Source: Leptogorgia sarmentosa (taxonomy: Eukaryota). From it: 64,000 nucleotides of DNA. Location: assembly GCA_964658305.1 (NCBI GenBank), contig OZ210885.1:18476001-18540000 (forward strand), written 5' to 3'. Shown piece by piece: positions 22,870-34,723 of this stretch (positions within the stretch are counted from its first letter, which is position 1; each line of letters begins with the position of its first letter). The notes beneath the pieces are model-generated. The model was not told where the DNA came from, searched no databases, and saw nothing but the letters and a program-made list of their open reading frames with translations. The position numbers and the translations under genes were made by a program.

Positions 22870-25397
22870 CAGTAGTTCCATTTCAAGTGGATCCAACAGC
22901 AGTGATGATGACGATAGAAAAAAATCACAAAGAAAAATCGGACCTTATTTATGGAGACGTGTTCAAACAGAAAGAGTAGAAAGAGTCCCGGAAAACATCA
23001 ATGGTCTGAGACGATATGAGATTAATATGCCAAAATCGGGCGATTACCTCCCGCTCATACGAGATGGTCGATGTTGGAAAAAAGCTTCAGAAACGCAATG
23101 GAAAGGGTATAACAAGGTCAGGTATGCCAACTGCTGGGGTTCACTTCAATGTATGAATAAGAATTGCGATTTTCAAAAGGAGTATGGTGTCGTCAATAAA
23201 ACTCAGTTTGACAAGAAACGCAACCTTTGCAGTGTATGTGGTACAAAAGGAGAATATATCCCATGCTCAGCCAGGAAATACATTGTGAAATCTGCATCAA
23301 AAGTTTCTATTTACCGCTGTGGAGAACACACTTGCGCATATAAACCCGTGATTCCTCGTGCAACTGACGATGTCCAACGCAAAATCATTGAAAACCCTAA
23401 CTCAACCTCGCAAATACAAAGCAGTGTAATTTTAGCCAAAATTAGGCAAGGTTGTGACTGGTCTACCGTCGAGCAAGCTGCTACATCTGTCCGTGACAGT
23501 AAATGGATTTCCAACGAGAAACAAAAGTTAAAGAAAGATTATGAGCCACATGGTCATGACTTTGAGGCAGTGGCCCATTTTAAACAAAACACGGACAACC
23601 GCGATCCATACTACATATACAAGTTGAGCTATGGTGGTCAGTGTGGTAAAGAGTCCTTTGTTTTCAAGACTAGCAAACTCAAAATGAAATTTGCACTGAA
23701 CATGGATCGTACAGGGGAACACAGATTAAGTAAAGAATTTTGTTATTTTGACGGAAAAGTCAAAAGGTGCATGGGTTTTGTTTCTCTCACTGCAAGTGTT
23801 TATCATCCCATCTTACGAAAACTTGTTCCGTTGGCCACAATGGAATGCAGTGGAGAGAACACATCAAACATTGAACTGTTCTGGAGTACTTTTAATGAAG
23901 TCATACAAAAAGAGAAAAGCGATCCCAACTATACCCCCGTGGCTGGATTACAGACATGGCTGGAGCCAACCTGGAAGGTATCAAGAAAGTTTATGGTACA
24001 TCTGCCTTAGAGCGTGTGAAAACTTGCGAGTTTCACTTTAAAGAGTGTAGAACCGACAAGCACGAAAGCTGGACGAAGATGTAAGATCTCAGTTTAAGAG
24101 ACTTTGCGATGCGATGCTCAAAGCTGAAAGCCCAGTGGGCTACGAAGCGGCAAAGGAGGATATAATGAATTTTATGTCTGGAGACGGAAAATTGTCATTT
24201 TTAATGACCTGGTTTGACTGGTGGGATAAACGACGTGGCCTTATTTTCCCTGCATTTCTGCCTACTATGCAAGGTGCTTCAAAAATGAACCAAGCGGAGA
24301 CCATACACGCAAGTTGGGTCAAGAGAGACCGGATAAATCTTTCTCTTTTCGATACTGCACAGGCAGACATACGTGACAATATTCAACTAGAGGTAGAATA
24401 TAAGGCCTTTGAAAATGGCTTGGGGAAAGGTGGAAAGGGTCCTAGTATTCATAGTCAAACTAAAAAAAATAGGGCAAACCAACTTAACAGAGCCCATACT
24501 CTTGGCCGTGAGCTGACACGAGAAGACATTACTGATACTGACAGGGTCCAATTTTTTGACATTGCAAATCAAGCTTCAGGCACCAATGCACACGATCGGC
24601 ACAATGCTACTGTTGGACGAGGACCACGACGAATGGATGGGGAGAGAAACGGTAGATTCAGGTCAACACGTAGCAGGCACTTCTTGGACCGATTAGAAAA
24701 AGCCAAACTCGAGCAAAATCGTTTTAAAATAAAACATTTAAGTGAAATTTCAAATTTAGAAAGATCGTATGTGTTGGTAAGTGGCTCATCGGCCATTTAT
24801 AAAACAACAATTGCAAAAAAACATTCATGTCAATGTCTAGATTACGTTAAGAGTGAAGGAAAAGAATTGTGTAAACACGTAATTTGGGTTCTGCTTAATA
24901 TCTGTGAAATTCCTGAAGAAAGTGAGCTATTGCAGCAAGTATTTCTCACAGAAATGGAATTATCAGAAATTTTTAGTAACACTCAACCAATCCCAAATCA
25001 CCTTAAGTATATTCCCGGTAGTAGTCAACAAAGCAGACACGAAATGGTAAAGAAACTGTTGGCGAATGATACCAGAAATGGAAAACCAAAAGTATGGTTG
25101 CTAAAAAGGAAAGAAAAACGAAAAGGAACAGTTCAACGATGTAGAGGATGCAGAAAAGAACAATTTGATGGTGATCTCACCATCTCAGTCGTGGGATTGT
25201 ATGTGCCATATGAACAAAACTTTGTTGTTGAGACAACATTTTACTTTTGCCCCGATGCCGATTGTGTCAAGCGGATCCCTCCATGGATTAATCTAGATCC
25301 ACCGACTGCAATTACTGTTCATGGTTCTATTACATCTGCAGAGCTAGAACACTTACAAAGTCAGTCTGAGTTACCACTTGCTAACTTTCTGATGTAG
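22870..25397 (+). pseudogene. MULE DDE transposase with SWIM zinc finger, frameshifted
   Basis: FCYFDGKVKR (D1), WITDMAGAN (D2, shifted frame ~23945), CEFH (CxxH), MNQAETIH (E), SWIM CQC..CKH, C-terminal CxxC. Frameshifts near 23935 and 24050. Confidence 0.85.
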
Positions 25398-28300
25398 TGG
25401 TATCATCGTAGGAAGGGAATTTTTCCTTTGGACTATATTATTATGCATTCGTTTCTGTTTTTAGTTTCTTGCTAACTTTTTAGCATTTGCTGAATAAAAA
25501 AGTACTTTCCTGACAAACAAGTATACGATCGTACATGTACTATCGGACCAGGAACTGGCGCACTCTACTGCATGAATTAATCTATATTAATAGTATGAAG
25601 ATTTGTACTGCATGCTACAATCTAGAGTTGCTAGTAAATCATTGTGTGAAGTTTTGCGACGGTCTCTTGCAAATTGACGGAGCCTTAGGGTTTTTCAAAG
25701 AGGCATTTTTAGTTTTAGATTTTGTCGCGAACTTAGTCGCACAAATCAGATAATCAAAACACGTTGATCCAAGAACGCGAACTCGCGCCTTTTACCCGTG
25801 CCCTTTACCCGCGCCCTTTACCCGCGCCCCGCACCATTTACCCGCAACCCGCGCCATTTAGATACTACCTTCTTAGGCCTACAGTGTACCTGTTGAATCG
25901 AAGCTTGGTTCGTCTGCGAACTTGTTCCTCAATGTCATTAAAGTCCATGAGAAGGCCTGCTTGATAAACAATCTGAAGAATAATTCGAAGACTGGTGCTG
26001 GTAACATCTTAGATATATATAGGGATGCACTCACACATGCTTCACATTCATGTACAGTAGCTTTATATACCAATATATTATTGAAAAATTAATAAATTGT
26101 GTGCAAATCCAAATGAACATACCCACTCTGGAGAACTCAGAACTGGATATTTCTCTAACACACATGCTAATGTCAGATCATTGTTGGCTATCCATTCCTT
26201 GTATTGTGGTGCCAATGTTGTAAGCAACTGCCTAATGTGTTGCTAAAATAGAATAATATACATTGATAATATACAGAATTTGTTAACAGTACATGGGGCA
26301 GGCGGTGCAAAAATTGGACTGGATCAACTTAAAATTACTTGGATTGCTAGTTTTTACCTGACTTATGCATCTCGACAAGGATGGTTTTAGGTTGGTTTGA
26401 TCCAACAATACTAGCTAGTCTGACCTAATTCATGTGACCGGTTCCACTTTTGTGTATACCTGCTTGAAAATTTTAAATAATGCTCCTGTGGCAATGAAGG
26501 GAGTTTCTAGCTGGTAAAATTAAATTGTTTCTCTACATACTTAGTGGATCGGACAGTTTACAAACTGTTTGCTAAGTATCATTAATAACTATCTTAGTTT
26601 GATTCTATTGGATTCTATTTGATTTAACCAGTTGATTTGCATGCTATGTGATTGAATTAGTGATTAGGTGTTGACAAGTTAATTTAATTCACCGCCGTTA
26701 TTTAAGACATTAATGAATAGGAAGTCAGTATTGTTGTTGAGACGCTATACGAGACAGCGAGCTGTAAAGACAAGACAAGTTTATTCAGTCCGTAGAGATT
26801 CACTCTTCAGGTATTACAAATTGTATTTTATATTTTGGATCTTTGATACTGTGTAATCATTTAATCATTATCTAATCAGAGTCTAATCGATTTCAGAATG
26901 TATCTATTAAAATAATATATTACGAAACATCTCTACTGGATTGTGTGTGGTTTTGCCCAAACGGAAACACTTAGTGCACATACATAATCTACTTGAAATG
27001 GGCAATTTACCTTTGATGGTTTAATTTTCTTTGCTTCTCTTGCTAATTGTACCAAACACCTTTCTGCTGCCTTTGAATCGACAACTGGATTATCATCTGT
27101 GGTTGCACTGGTGTCTTCGCTTGTCTTACTTGTCTCAGCTAGCTCCAATTTACAATATACTGGTTTATCCTTCCCCTTCCTCTTATGGTTTCTAACACTT
27201 TGTGCCAGGTCTCTTTTCAACTTTGTCTGCAGTAAATACAAGAATGAACAATTCTTACTTGATTCAACTAAATGTGCCATCAAATTAGTGGGTTTGAGAT
27301 TCTGATTCCGAAGGCTTATACACTTGGGGTTTAGGGTTTCAGAAGGCTTGTACAAAAGAATCTTTAGTTATTAAAATCTCATTATTTAATGCCCATCTGC
27401 CTTTGTTTCAAATCCTCATGTACATGACCTAGTGAAACCAAGCTATTCTTTGCATTGTGGGGTCCCTGTCAAAGATTAATTACAAAGAAAAGGGTTTTTG
27501 ATTTTCAATACTTCATGACCACTATATAGCAAATGGAGAACCCATAATGTAGGCAAACAACAACTTCTATTGGCATGGCCATGCCTGACCCAGCCTCAAA
27601 TCAAGTGAAGTTTCATGTCTTGATCTACAAATGACCTCACCATCTTTAACTAGTGTGTTAATTACTTACATAGCTACATGATGAACCCTTCAGATGAATG
27701 GCATCCTTGAGATCAGGGAATCTTTCAATCAGGTGTACACATATCTCATTGTAACATTGTGACAGGTCATGCTTCAGACCCAAAAAAAATCTGGCTGTCT
27801 CACGCACAAGTTGGGCCCTGACCAGAAGTATTTGTCCGTCTTCTTCAGCTTTAAGTACCATCTGAGAATAGGGGGGGTAGGGAAGAGGAAAGGGTAGCCC
27901 ACTTGAAGACACAGGTGATGGAGTCGATGCTACAGGTGATTTTTTAATTGTTGGTGGAGTTGGTGGTGGCATTATGTCCGGACACTTGCCAGGAACATCT
28001 AATGTTACTTGCACATCATTACTCTAAAATAAAAAAATAAAGGGCAGAAGTTACCACAATTGCAAAAATTGTAGAACCAAGAAACTGTGGGGAATTGTGG
28101 GTGAAGTCTCATGTCTTCATCTTAATTCGAATGAGATCACCATCTCTAGTGTGTTAGCACTGGGTTGGAGTTCGGGTCAGGTTTAATCATAACTGGTTAA
28201 ATACTAATAACAGAAAACAAGAAATAACTCCAATCCCAAATTTGCATTATTACATATGTTGTAATATAAACAATTTCTAACACTAATCTTTTTAACTAAC

Positions 28301-30171
28301 CTTTCCCACAATGCTATTAGCGAGTAGCTGCATAACTTTGAGTCTTTTACCAAGGGGCCTGTTTTAAAACCATAAAAAAGGCAAAATGAAGGCAATAATT
28401 TGGGGAACTCGGAGCGCTGACTGTGCTGTTCAATACACATAGTGATAGACAAGCAATGCCAGTAGGGTGTTTTTAACTAACTATATTTACAATTTAGACT
28501 GGAGAATTTAGACTTCTCACTGTTCCCATTTTTTTGCAGTATAATATTCACTTTCATTTTCAAACTTTCAAAGGCAAACGGTTTGAATATAGATAGATGT
28601 TCAATACCTTATCCCAATTTTTTCCAGCATATCCTCCGTCACCAAGTACATCGTTCCATCATCAACTTCTTCGTCTATAGCATTGTGGAGTAGTTTAAAT
28701 AAGACATTAAAACAATATAATATTATTATTAATAAGAGGACTTGCGGGCATTATTTTACATAATGTTTACGACTCAAGTCTCAGATGTAGTTGTACAGAA
28801 CTTTGTTTTGACGAAGTCGAAGGCTATGAATATAATATAGTTCAGGAAAAAGTGGCCCCGGCATTGTCGAGTTTTGAACGTTCCAAAAAATACTGCGCTT
28901 ATTGTTTTATCTTGAAAGAATAATACGTAGTTTACTAGTTTTATCAAGCGTCGTAGCCTTCCCCCAAACAGATGAATACTGATTTTTACGGCATTTGTGT
29001 TGGTCCAATTGCCAGTCGTACAGACAGCAAACACTAGACACGGTAACCATTGTCAACGTTGGAGTTTTACTTTTACATTGTACATGTTCTTTTTGCTGTT
29101 TTAACTCGTTTTCAGTTGGAAAAACAAACTGAAAGCGAAGGAGCAAGGTCAAATACTTCTTGAAAAAACTACTCGGTAAGACCAGATAATACACATATAG
29201 TTAGAAATAACGATAGCTAACTTACCAAGGATTATTTTGATCACATCTTCATAGCCGTTCTCTCTCAGTGATATAATAAATTTGTCGAAGTTCGACATTT
29301 TGTACTGAAAAAAGACTGACTTGTCTTGGAGTTGGCGCGAAAAACGACAGAGGGGAAGACGCAATGCGGGAGGTCGCGGCGGTTTGTGGTATTAAAATTG
29401 GATAACATCGAGCTGTATCATATTTTAAAAATATATATTAGGAATTTTTGACCTTGTAAAATGCTAGGAATGAAAATATTCTCTCCAAGAACGATTTCAT
29501 TTATTCTTCTACCTTTTGGGAGAAAAAAAGATACTATTTTGATAGATATTATCCCTGCAATCTACCGCCAATCCATGTTATTTTACGTTTGATGGAAATA
29601 ATTTCAGGGGCAGACTCCCCGCAAATCGCCAGGAGCTCTATTATTTACGCGCTTCATATATATGGGCTTATAGCATTGCTGGCTTCCTTTTTTACAAAGT
29701 TTTTGTTGTTTTTGGAAGACTTATGCCTGATGGCTCTTACGTGCTCTATATGTGGCTATGAGACGCGAAATAACCCAGATTATTGCAAACATGTAATTAA
29801 ATATCATAGGGCTCAAGCAAATTTTAAAGTTGTTTGTGCACTTTGCAATAAAAGTTTTACGAAACGAAATTCGTTCGCCAAACATATACGCCGCAAACAT
29901 AAAGACGTCTGTAGGGAGAGCAAGACGATACTCCGCCCGAAAATGTTGAAGAGCCAATAGAAAATGACGTTGATTATGCAAGTAGGCAGTCAGCAAAATA
30001 TGTTTTGGCTTTAAAAGCAAAGCACAATATCACCGACACAGCGATTGACGACATTGTTGAAATCACGCAGGACTACGTTTCTGACATAGTTAGCACCGTA
30101 GAAAACAGAATTGTCAAGAAATGTCGGCAAAGTGGGGTGGAGGTAGATTTTGAAATAAAGGACCTATTCAA

Positions 30172-30362
30172 TGTTAGCAGCATGCATAGCTTGATATAAT
30201 AACCATATACATTGGATACTTGGTGTAGTTGGAAGTGTTATGTATCGTGAGCATGTGACGAATTGTCTCTGTTCTTGTACTGTTTTCGTATGTATTTTAC
30301 TGTTCATATTGGTGATATTAAATCGCTCAACATCAAAGAATGTCCGATATAACATTTTAATA
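30172..30362 (+). repeat. Copia 5' LTR
   Basis: TGTTAGCAGC...ATTTTAATA; differs from the 3' LTR by about 2 substitutions and a 2-bp indel. Confidence 0.95.
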
Positions 30363-30463
30363 GGTTAGGACACAGGACACTCTAATATGTCTCTGAAGCG
30401 TAATTTTATTTGTTTGGAAGCGTATGGCTTGAAACAATACGAACATTTATCGACGAACTAAAC

Positions 30464-33400
30464 ATGGCGACATCGAGGGATTTTTTACTTAAACTTACTA
30501 AGTTAAATGGAGAAAATTATAGAGATTGGGCATTTAACATGCGTCTCTATCTTGAGAGTATGGATTTGTTTGGTCATGCTGATGGATCGATCGAGAATCC
30601 TGATGAAGAAGCGTCTGAACAGGTGAGGCAAGCATTTAGGTCAGCCTCGAAGAAAGCCTGGACGTACATCTGCCTAGCAGTGGAACCCGAACAACAAATT
30701 CATGTAAGAGATACGAGTACAGCCAAGGAAGCATGGGACGCCCTGAAACATCAGTTTGCAAGAGTTTCCGTATCGCAAATTGTAAGATTACGTCAGCAAT
30801 ATTATTCATGTCGATTTAAAAGTGGTGATAGTATGCTAGATCATATCAATCGCATCAAATCCCTCCATGACCAGTTGAGGGAGATGGGTATTGAGTATAA
30901 TGATAAAGAATTGGCAATGACATTGCTTGCAAGTTTGCCTGAAAGCTACAACTCACTTATTACTGCTTTGGATGCAGTAGGAGAAGACACATTGACCTAC
31001 CAGAAGGTGAAAGGAATGTTGCTGAACGATGCTGCGAGAATCTCAGTCACAAAGAAAGATGAGGATGCGTATACTATGCAACGGCCGTACAATAAAAGAG
31101 GATTTAGGCCAAAGGACCAAGGCAAGACTGAAAACCCAAACCAGAATTCATTTCGAGGAACTTGCCATTCATGCAAGAAGAGAGGACACTTTGCTCGAGA
31201 TTGCCCACAACGTAAGAACAATCCCAGTAATTCCAACAAAGGTAAAAGTTCAATTCATTGCACTGCAGAAGAGCCGTGTGACCAAGATGATGCTGATGAA
31301 ATAGCCCTGTTTGTAACTGGTGATGAAAATCACAGTGGTTGGATTATTGATTCGGGAGCGACTCAACACATGACTTATGAACGAGACAGTTTATCTGAGT
31401 ACGTGGAATTCAAGAGACCGTGCAAGGTAAATATAGGAGATAATCGAGTGATTTTAGCCTATGGAAAAGGAACATACCGGCTATCCACTGATTTGAATGG
31501 ATCGAGTCAGAAAATTGCGTTGAAGAATGTGCTTTATTTACCGGAGCTGAAGAGGAACTTGTTATCAGTTCAAGCCATGAGTAAATTAGGAGCAACTGTC
31601 GTGTTTAAAGGAGATGAATGCAGGATTTCCATGGATTCAAGATTAGTTGGAATAGGAATAATGCATGGAAAGTTGTACATGCTTAAAGTTGTCTTGGAGG
31701 AATATGTGAATGTTGTGAAGAGTGATCCCAATATGGAACTATGGCACTGTCGATTTGGACATTTGGGGATGGATAACGTTTCCAAACTACTAAACAGTAG
31801 GATGGTGGAAGGGATGTCTGGTGCGAAGGACGGTGATATGTCTGATGTATGTGAAGCATGCGTTCAGGGAAAGCAGCACCGTTCACCATATCCTAAGAAG
31901 AGCTCCAATAAAGCAACTGAATTATTCGAAACAGTTCACAGTGATGTATGTGGTCCTATGGGTGTAAAATCATTTGGGAAATCGCAGTATTTTGTTACAT
32001 TCATTGATGAATATTCAAGATATACGGAAGTGTATTTCCTGAAAAGTAAAGATGAAGTAATGGAAAAGTTCAAGCAGTATGTGAATCAAGTGGAAAAGTT
32101 GGGCAAACGGGTGAAGAACCTTCGGTCGGATAATGGTGGAGAGTACTGCTCCAAAGCATTTGATGAATATTTAAAGGCAAAGGGAATAACACATCAAACA
32201 ACTGTTCCATATTGTCCAGAACAAAACGGCATTGCGGAAAGAATGAACCGGACTCTAGTCGAAGCCGCTCGTTCAATGATGTTTCATGCGGGTATCCCCA
32301 AAGAGTTTTGGGCAGAAGCAATTCACACAGCTTCATATGTTCACAACCGCAGTCCGACGAGTTCACTGAAGGAAGTCACGCCATATGAGAGAATGTTTGG
32401 TCAGAAACCGGATGTATCCAATTTGAGAGTTTTTGGTTGCATTGCTTTTAAGCATATCCCCGATGCTAAGCGAAGGAAATTGGACAAAAAGTCGTCCAAG
32501 TGTGTGTTTGTAGGATATCCGGAAGGAACTAAGGGCTACAAACTGTACGACCTGGAGAAGAAATCATTTGTTCGCAGTCGAGACATTGTGTTTCAGGAAA
32601 GAACTTTTCATGATTTTAAATTGAAGGAGAACTCGGAGTTCTATCACGAAGACAATCGTAATCCTGAAAGTTCCGAAATTGATGCTATTATTGATCCGAA
32701 TGACCATAATGAAGAAGTCGTGAATGATGGGGTGGAAATTGTCCCTCCAGTACAGTGTAACCGTCCAGTGGGAGCGACGTTCGAGGATAATTTTATGCGA
32801 GAAGTGGAGAACCTTAATCCACAACGACAAAGAAGACCTCCGCGAAGGTATGATGATGAAGTGTACAACTGCACAGAAGATCTTACCGCAGACATTAATG
32901 AACCAAGTAACCTTACTGAAGCATTCCATGGAAAGAATAGTGCTGAGTGGAAGGAAGCTGCAGAATCCGAATATAAGTCACTGATTGACAATCATACCTG
33001 GGATCTTGTCCCTCCACCGAAAGACAAGAACGTAATTGGGAGCAAATGGGTATTCAAAGTCAAGAGAAACGTAGATGGAACTGTCCAAAGGTTCAAGGGA
33101 AGATTGGTTGCACAAGGATACACTCGATCGCCAGGGATCGATTATGATGAAGTTTTCGCACCTGTTGTTCGTTACACCTCAATACGTTCACTACTTGCTG
33201 TATCCAACATTTGTAACTGGGAGATACATCAAATGGACGTGAAGACCGCGTTCTTGCAAGGAGATTTGGATGATGAGATTTATACGAAACAACCAAGTGG
33301 TTTCGTTGATCCAGAAAGACCAGATCACGTCTGTAAGCTGAACAAGGGGATATATGGGTTGAAGCAAGCAGCTAGATGTTGGAACAACTCTATCAATAGC

Positions 33401-34465
33401 TATCTACTGTCTCATGGTTTCAAGAAGTCTACTGCAGACACTTGTGTTTACATCAAAACCATTACGTCTAAGGACGGTGCAATTCATTTGGTGATTATCG
33501 CAGTTTATGTGGATGATATGATAATTGTCTCAAACAACACAGGAATGATGAAGAAAGAAAAAGAAGAGATTGCTACGAAATTTCAAGTAGAGGATTTAGG
33601 AGAAGTGCATTATGTGGTTGGTATGCATATTATACGCAATCGGGAGCGTCGTACCATATCAATCAACCAACGAAAGTACCTAGAAGGAGTGATAAAGAAG
33701 TTCGACATGGAAAATTGCAAGTCAGTTTCAACGCCATTAGAACTTGGAAGAAAGTATGAAGAATTGGGAAAGGAAGACGAACAATTTGATACACACAAGT
33801 ACCAAAGAGCAATTGGATGTTTAACCTACGCTGCAACAATTAGTAGACCTGACTTATCAATCGCAGTCAGTATTTTATCAAAGTTCATGTCTAATCCTGG
33901 AGTGGAACATTGGAAAGGTGTGAAACGTGTTCTACGCTATGTTAAAGGAACATTAGACTATGGTCTTTTATATTCAGCTAACAATTCAAGTACGACATTG
34001 ACGGGATACACAGATGCAGATTGGGCAGGAGATTTGTCAACACATAGATCAACTACTGGGTATGTATTTCAGATACAAGGGAGTACTACAAGCTGGTGCA
34101 GTAAACGACAAGGATGTGTGGCTAGATCTACAACCGAAGCCGAATACATTGCTTTGAGTACAGCGAGCCAGGAAGCGATATGGTTAAGAAGATTGCTTGA
34201 AAGTGTGTTAAAGAAACAAGACAAGCCTACCGTGCTGTATGAAGATAACCAAGGAACAATCGAACTGACGAAGAATCCCAAGTTTCATAACCGTACGAAA
34301 CATATTGATATAGCGTATCATTATGCAAGGGAACAAGTCGAAAAGAAGAATATATCTGTCGAATATTGCAGAACCGAAAATATGCTGGCAGATGTGATGA
34401 CCAAGGGACTATCAAAGGTTCAATTTGAGAAATTCCGAGACATGTTAGGACTCGTTAAGATTTAG
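30464..34465 (+). CDS. Copia gag-pol polyprotein (GAG, PR, IN, RT, RNase H), intact
   Basis: CCHC knuckle CHSCKKRGHFARDC; PR WIIDSGAT; IN HHCC and HSD/SDNGGEY/AERMN; RT QMDVKTAFL, YVDD; RNase H DADWAG...ADVMTK. Single open frame. Confidence 0.97.
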   Translation: MATSRDFLLKLTKLNGENYRDWAFNMRLYLESMDLFGHADGSIENPDEEASEQVRQAFRSASKKAWTYICLAVEPEQQIHVRDTSTAKEAWDALKHQFARVSVSQIVRLRQQYYSCRFKSGDSMLDHINRIKSLHDQLREMGIEYNDKELAMTLLASLPESYNSLITALDAVGEDTLTYQKVKGMLLNDAARISVTKKDEDAYTMQRPYNKRGFRPKDQGKTENPNQNSFRGTCHSCKKRGHFARDCPQRKNNPSNSNKGKSSIHCTAEEPCDQDDADEIALFVTGDENHSGWIIDSGATQHMTYERDSLSEYVEFKRPCKVNIGDNRVILAYGKGTYRLSTDLNGSSQKIALKNVLYLPELKRNLLSVQAMSKLGATVVFKGDECRISMDSRLVGIGIMHGKLYMLKVVLEEYVNVVKSDPNMELWHCRFGHLGMDNVSKLLNSRMVEGMSGAKDGDMSDVCEACVQGKQHRSPYPKKSSNKATELFETVHSDVCGPMGVKSFGKSQYFVTFIDEYSRYTEVYFLKSKDEVMEKFKQYVNQVEKLGKRVKNLRSDNGGEYCSKAFDEYLKAKGITHQTTVPYCPEQNGIAERMNRTLVEAARSMMFHAGIPKEFWAEAIHTASYVHNRSPTSSLKEVTPYERMFGQKPDVSNLRVFGCIAFKHIPDAKRRKLDKKSSKCVFVGYPEGTKGYKLYDLEKKSFVRSRDIVFQERTFHDFKLKENSEFYHEDNRNPESSEIDAIIDPNDHNEEVVNDGVEIVPPVQCNRPVGATFEDNFMREVENLNPQRQRRPPRRYDDEVYNCTEDLTADINEPSNLTEAFHGKNSAEWKEAAESEYKSLIDNHTWDLVPPPKDKNVIGSKWVFKVKRNVDGTVQRFKGRLVAQGYTRSPGIDYDEVFAPVVRYTSIRSLLAVSNICNWEIHQMDVKTAFLQGDLDDEIYTKQPSGFVDPERPDHVCKLNKGIYGLKQAARCWNNSINSYLLSHGFKKSTADTCVYIKTITSKDGAIHLVIIAVYVDDMIIVSNNTGMMKKEKEEIATKFQVEDLGEVHYVVGMHIIRNRERRTISINQRKYLEGVIKKFDMENCKSVSTPLELGRKYEELGKEDEQFDTHKYQRAIGCLTYAATISRPDLSIAVSILSKFMSNPGVEHWKGVKRVLRYVKGTLDYGLLYSANNSSTTLTGYTDADWAGDLSTHRSTTGYVFQIQGSTTSWCSKRQGCVARSTTEAEYIALSTASQEAIWLRRLLESVLKKQDKPTVLYEDNQGTIELTKNPKFHNRTKHIDIAYHYAREQVEKKNISVEYCRTENMLADVMTKGLSKVQFEKFRDMLGLVKI

Positions 34466-34530
34466 TGACAATTAGATACTATTTAAAGAATTACTATAGT
34501 TATGTTCATCATATGATTATTAAGTGGGAG

Positions 34531-34723
34531 TGTTAGCAGCATGCATAGCTTGATATAATAACCATATACATTGGATACTTGGTGTAGTTGGAAGTGTTAT
34601 GTATCGTGAGCATGTGACGAATTGTCTCTCTGTTCTTGTACTGTTTTCGTATGTATTTTACTGTTCATATTGTTGATATTAAATCACTCAACATCAAAGA
34701 ATGTCCGATATAACATTTTAATA
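34531..34723 (+). repeat. Copia 3' LTR
   Basis: Direct repeat of 30172-30362. Confidence 0.95.

Larger units (their letters stand above)
16730..25869 (+). mobile_element. Mutator/MULE DNA transposon (9.1 kb)
   Basis: TIR GG(G/T)AGTATCTAAATGGCGCGGG with subterminal CGCGGGTAAA repeats at both ends; perfect 9-bp TSD TTCTTAGGC (16721-16729 / 25870-25878). Confidence 0.92.
15604..29299 (-). pseudogene. EnSpm accessory gene (SAM-like N-terminus, SAMD3-like C-terminus), multi-exon, split by the MULE
   Basis: Exon fragments MSNFDKFIISLRENGYEDVIKII (~29299), IDEEVDDGTMYLVTEDMLEKIGI (~28676), PFPLPYPPYS... (27658-28014), 25879-26073, and final exon ...LLTLWLAVHYVFNIQY (15604-15957). Exon boundaries are approximate. 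Confidence 0.6.
30172..34723 (+). mobile_element. Full-length Ty1/Copia LTR retrotransposon
   Basis: LTRs 30172-30362 and 34531-34723; 5-bp TSD TTCAA (30167-30171 / 34724-34728); PPT AAGTGGGAG immediately before the 3' LTR. Confidence 0.97.

Noticed and set aside
30997..34415. Numerous short antisense or alternate-frame ORFs over Copia (and likewise over the other long ORFs)
   Set aside because: Shadow ORFs of genuine coding sequence with no independent motifs.
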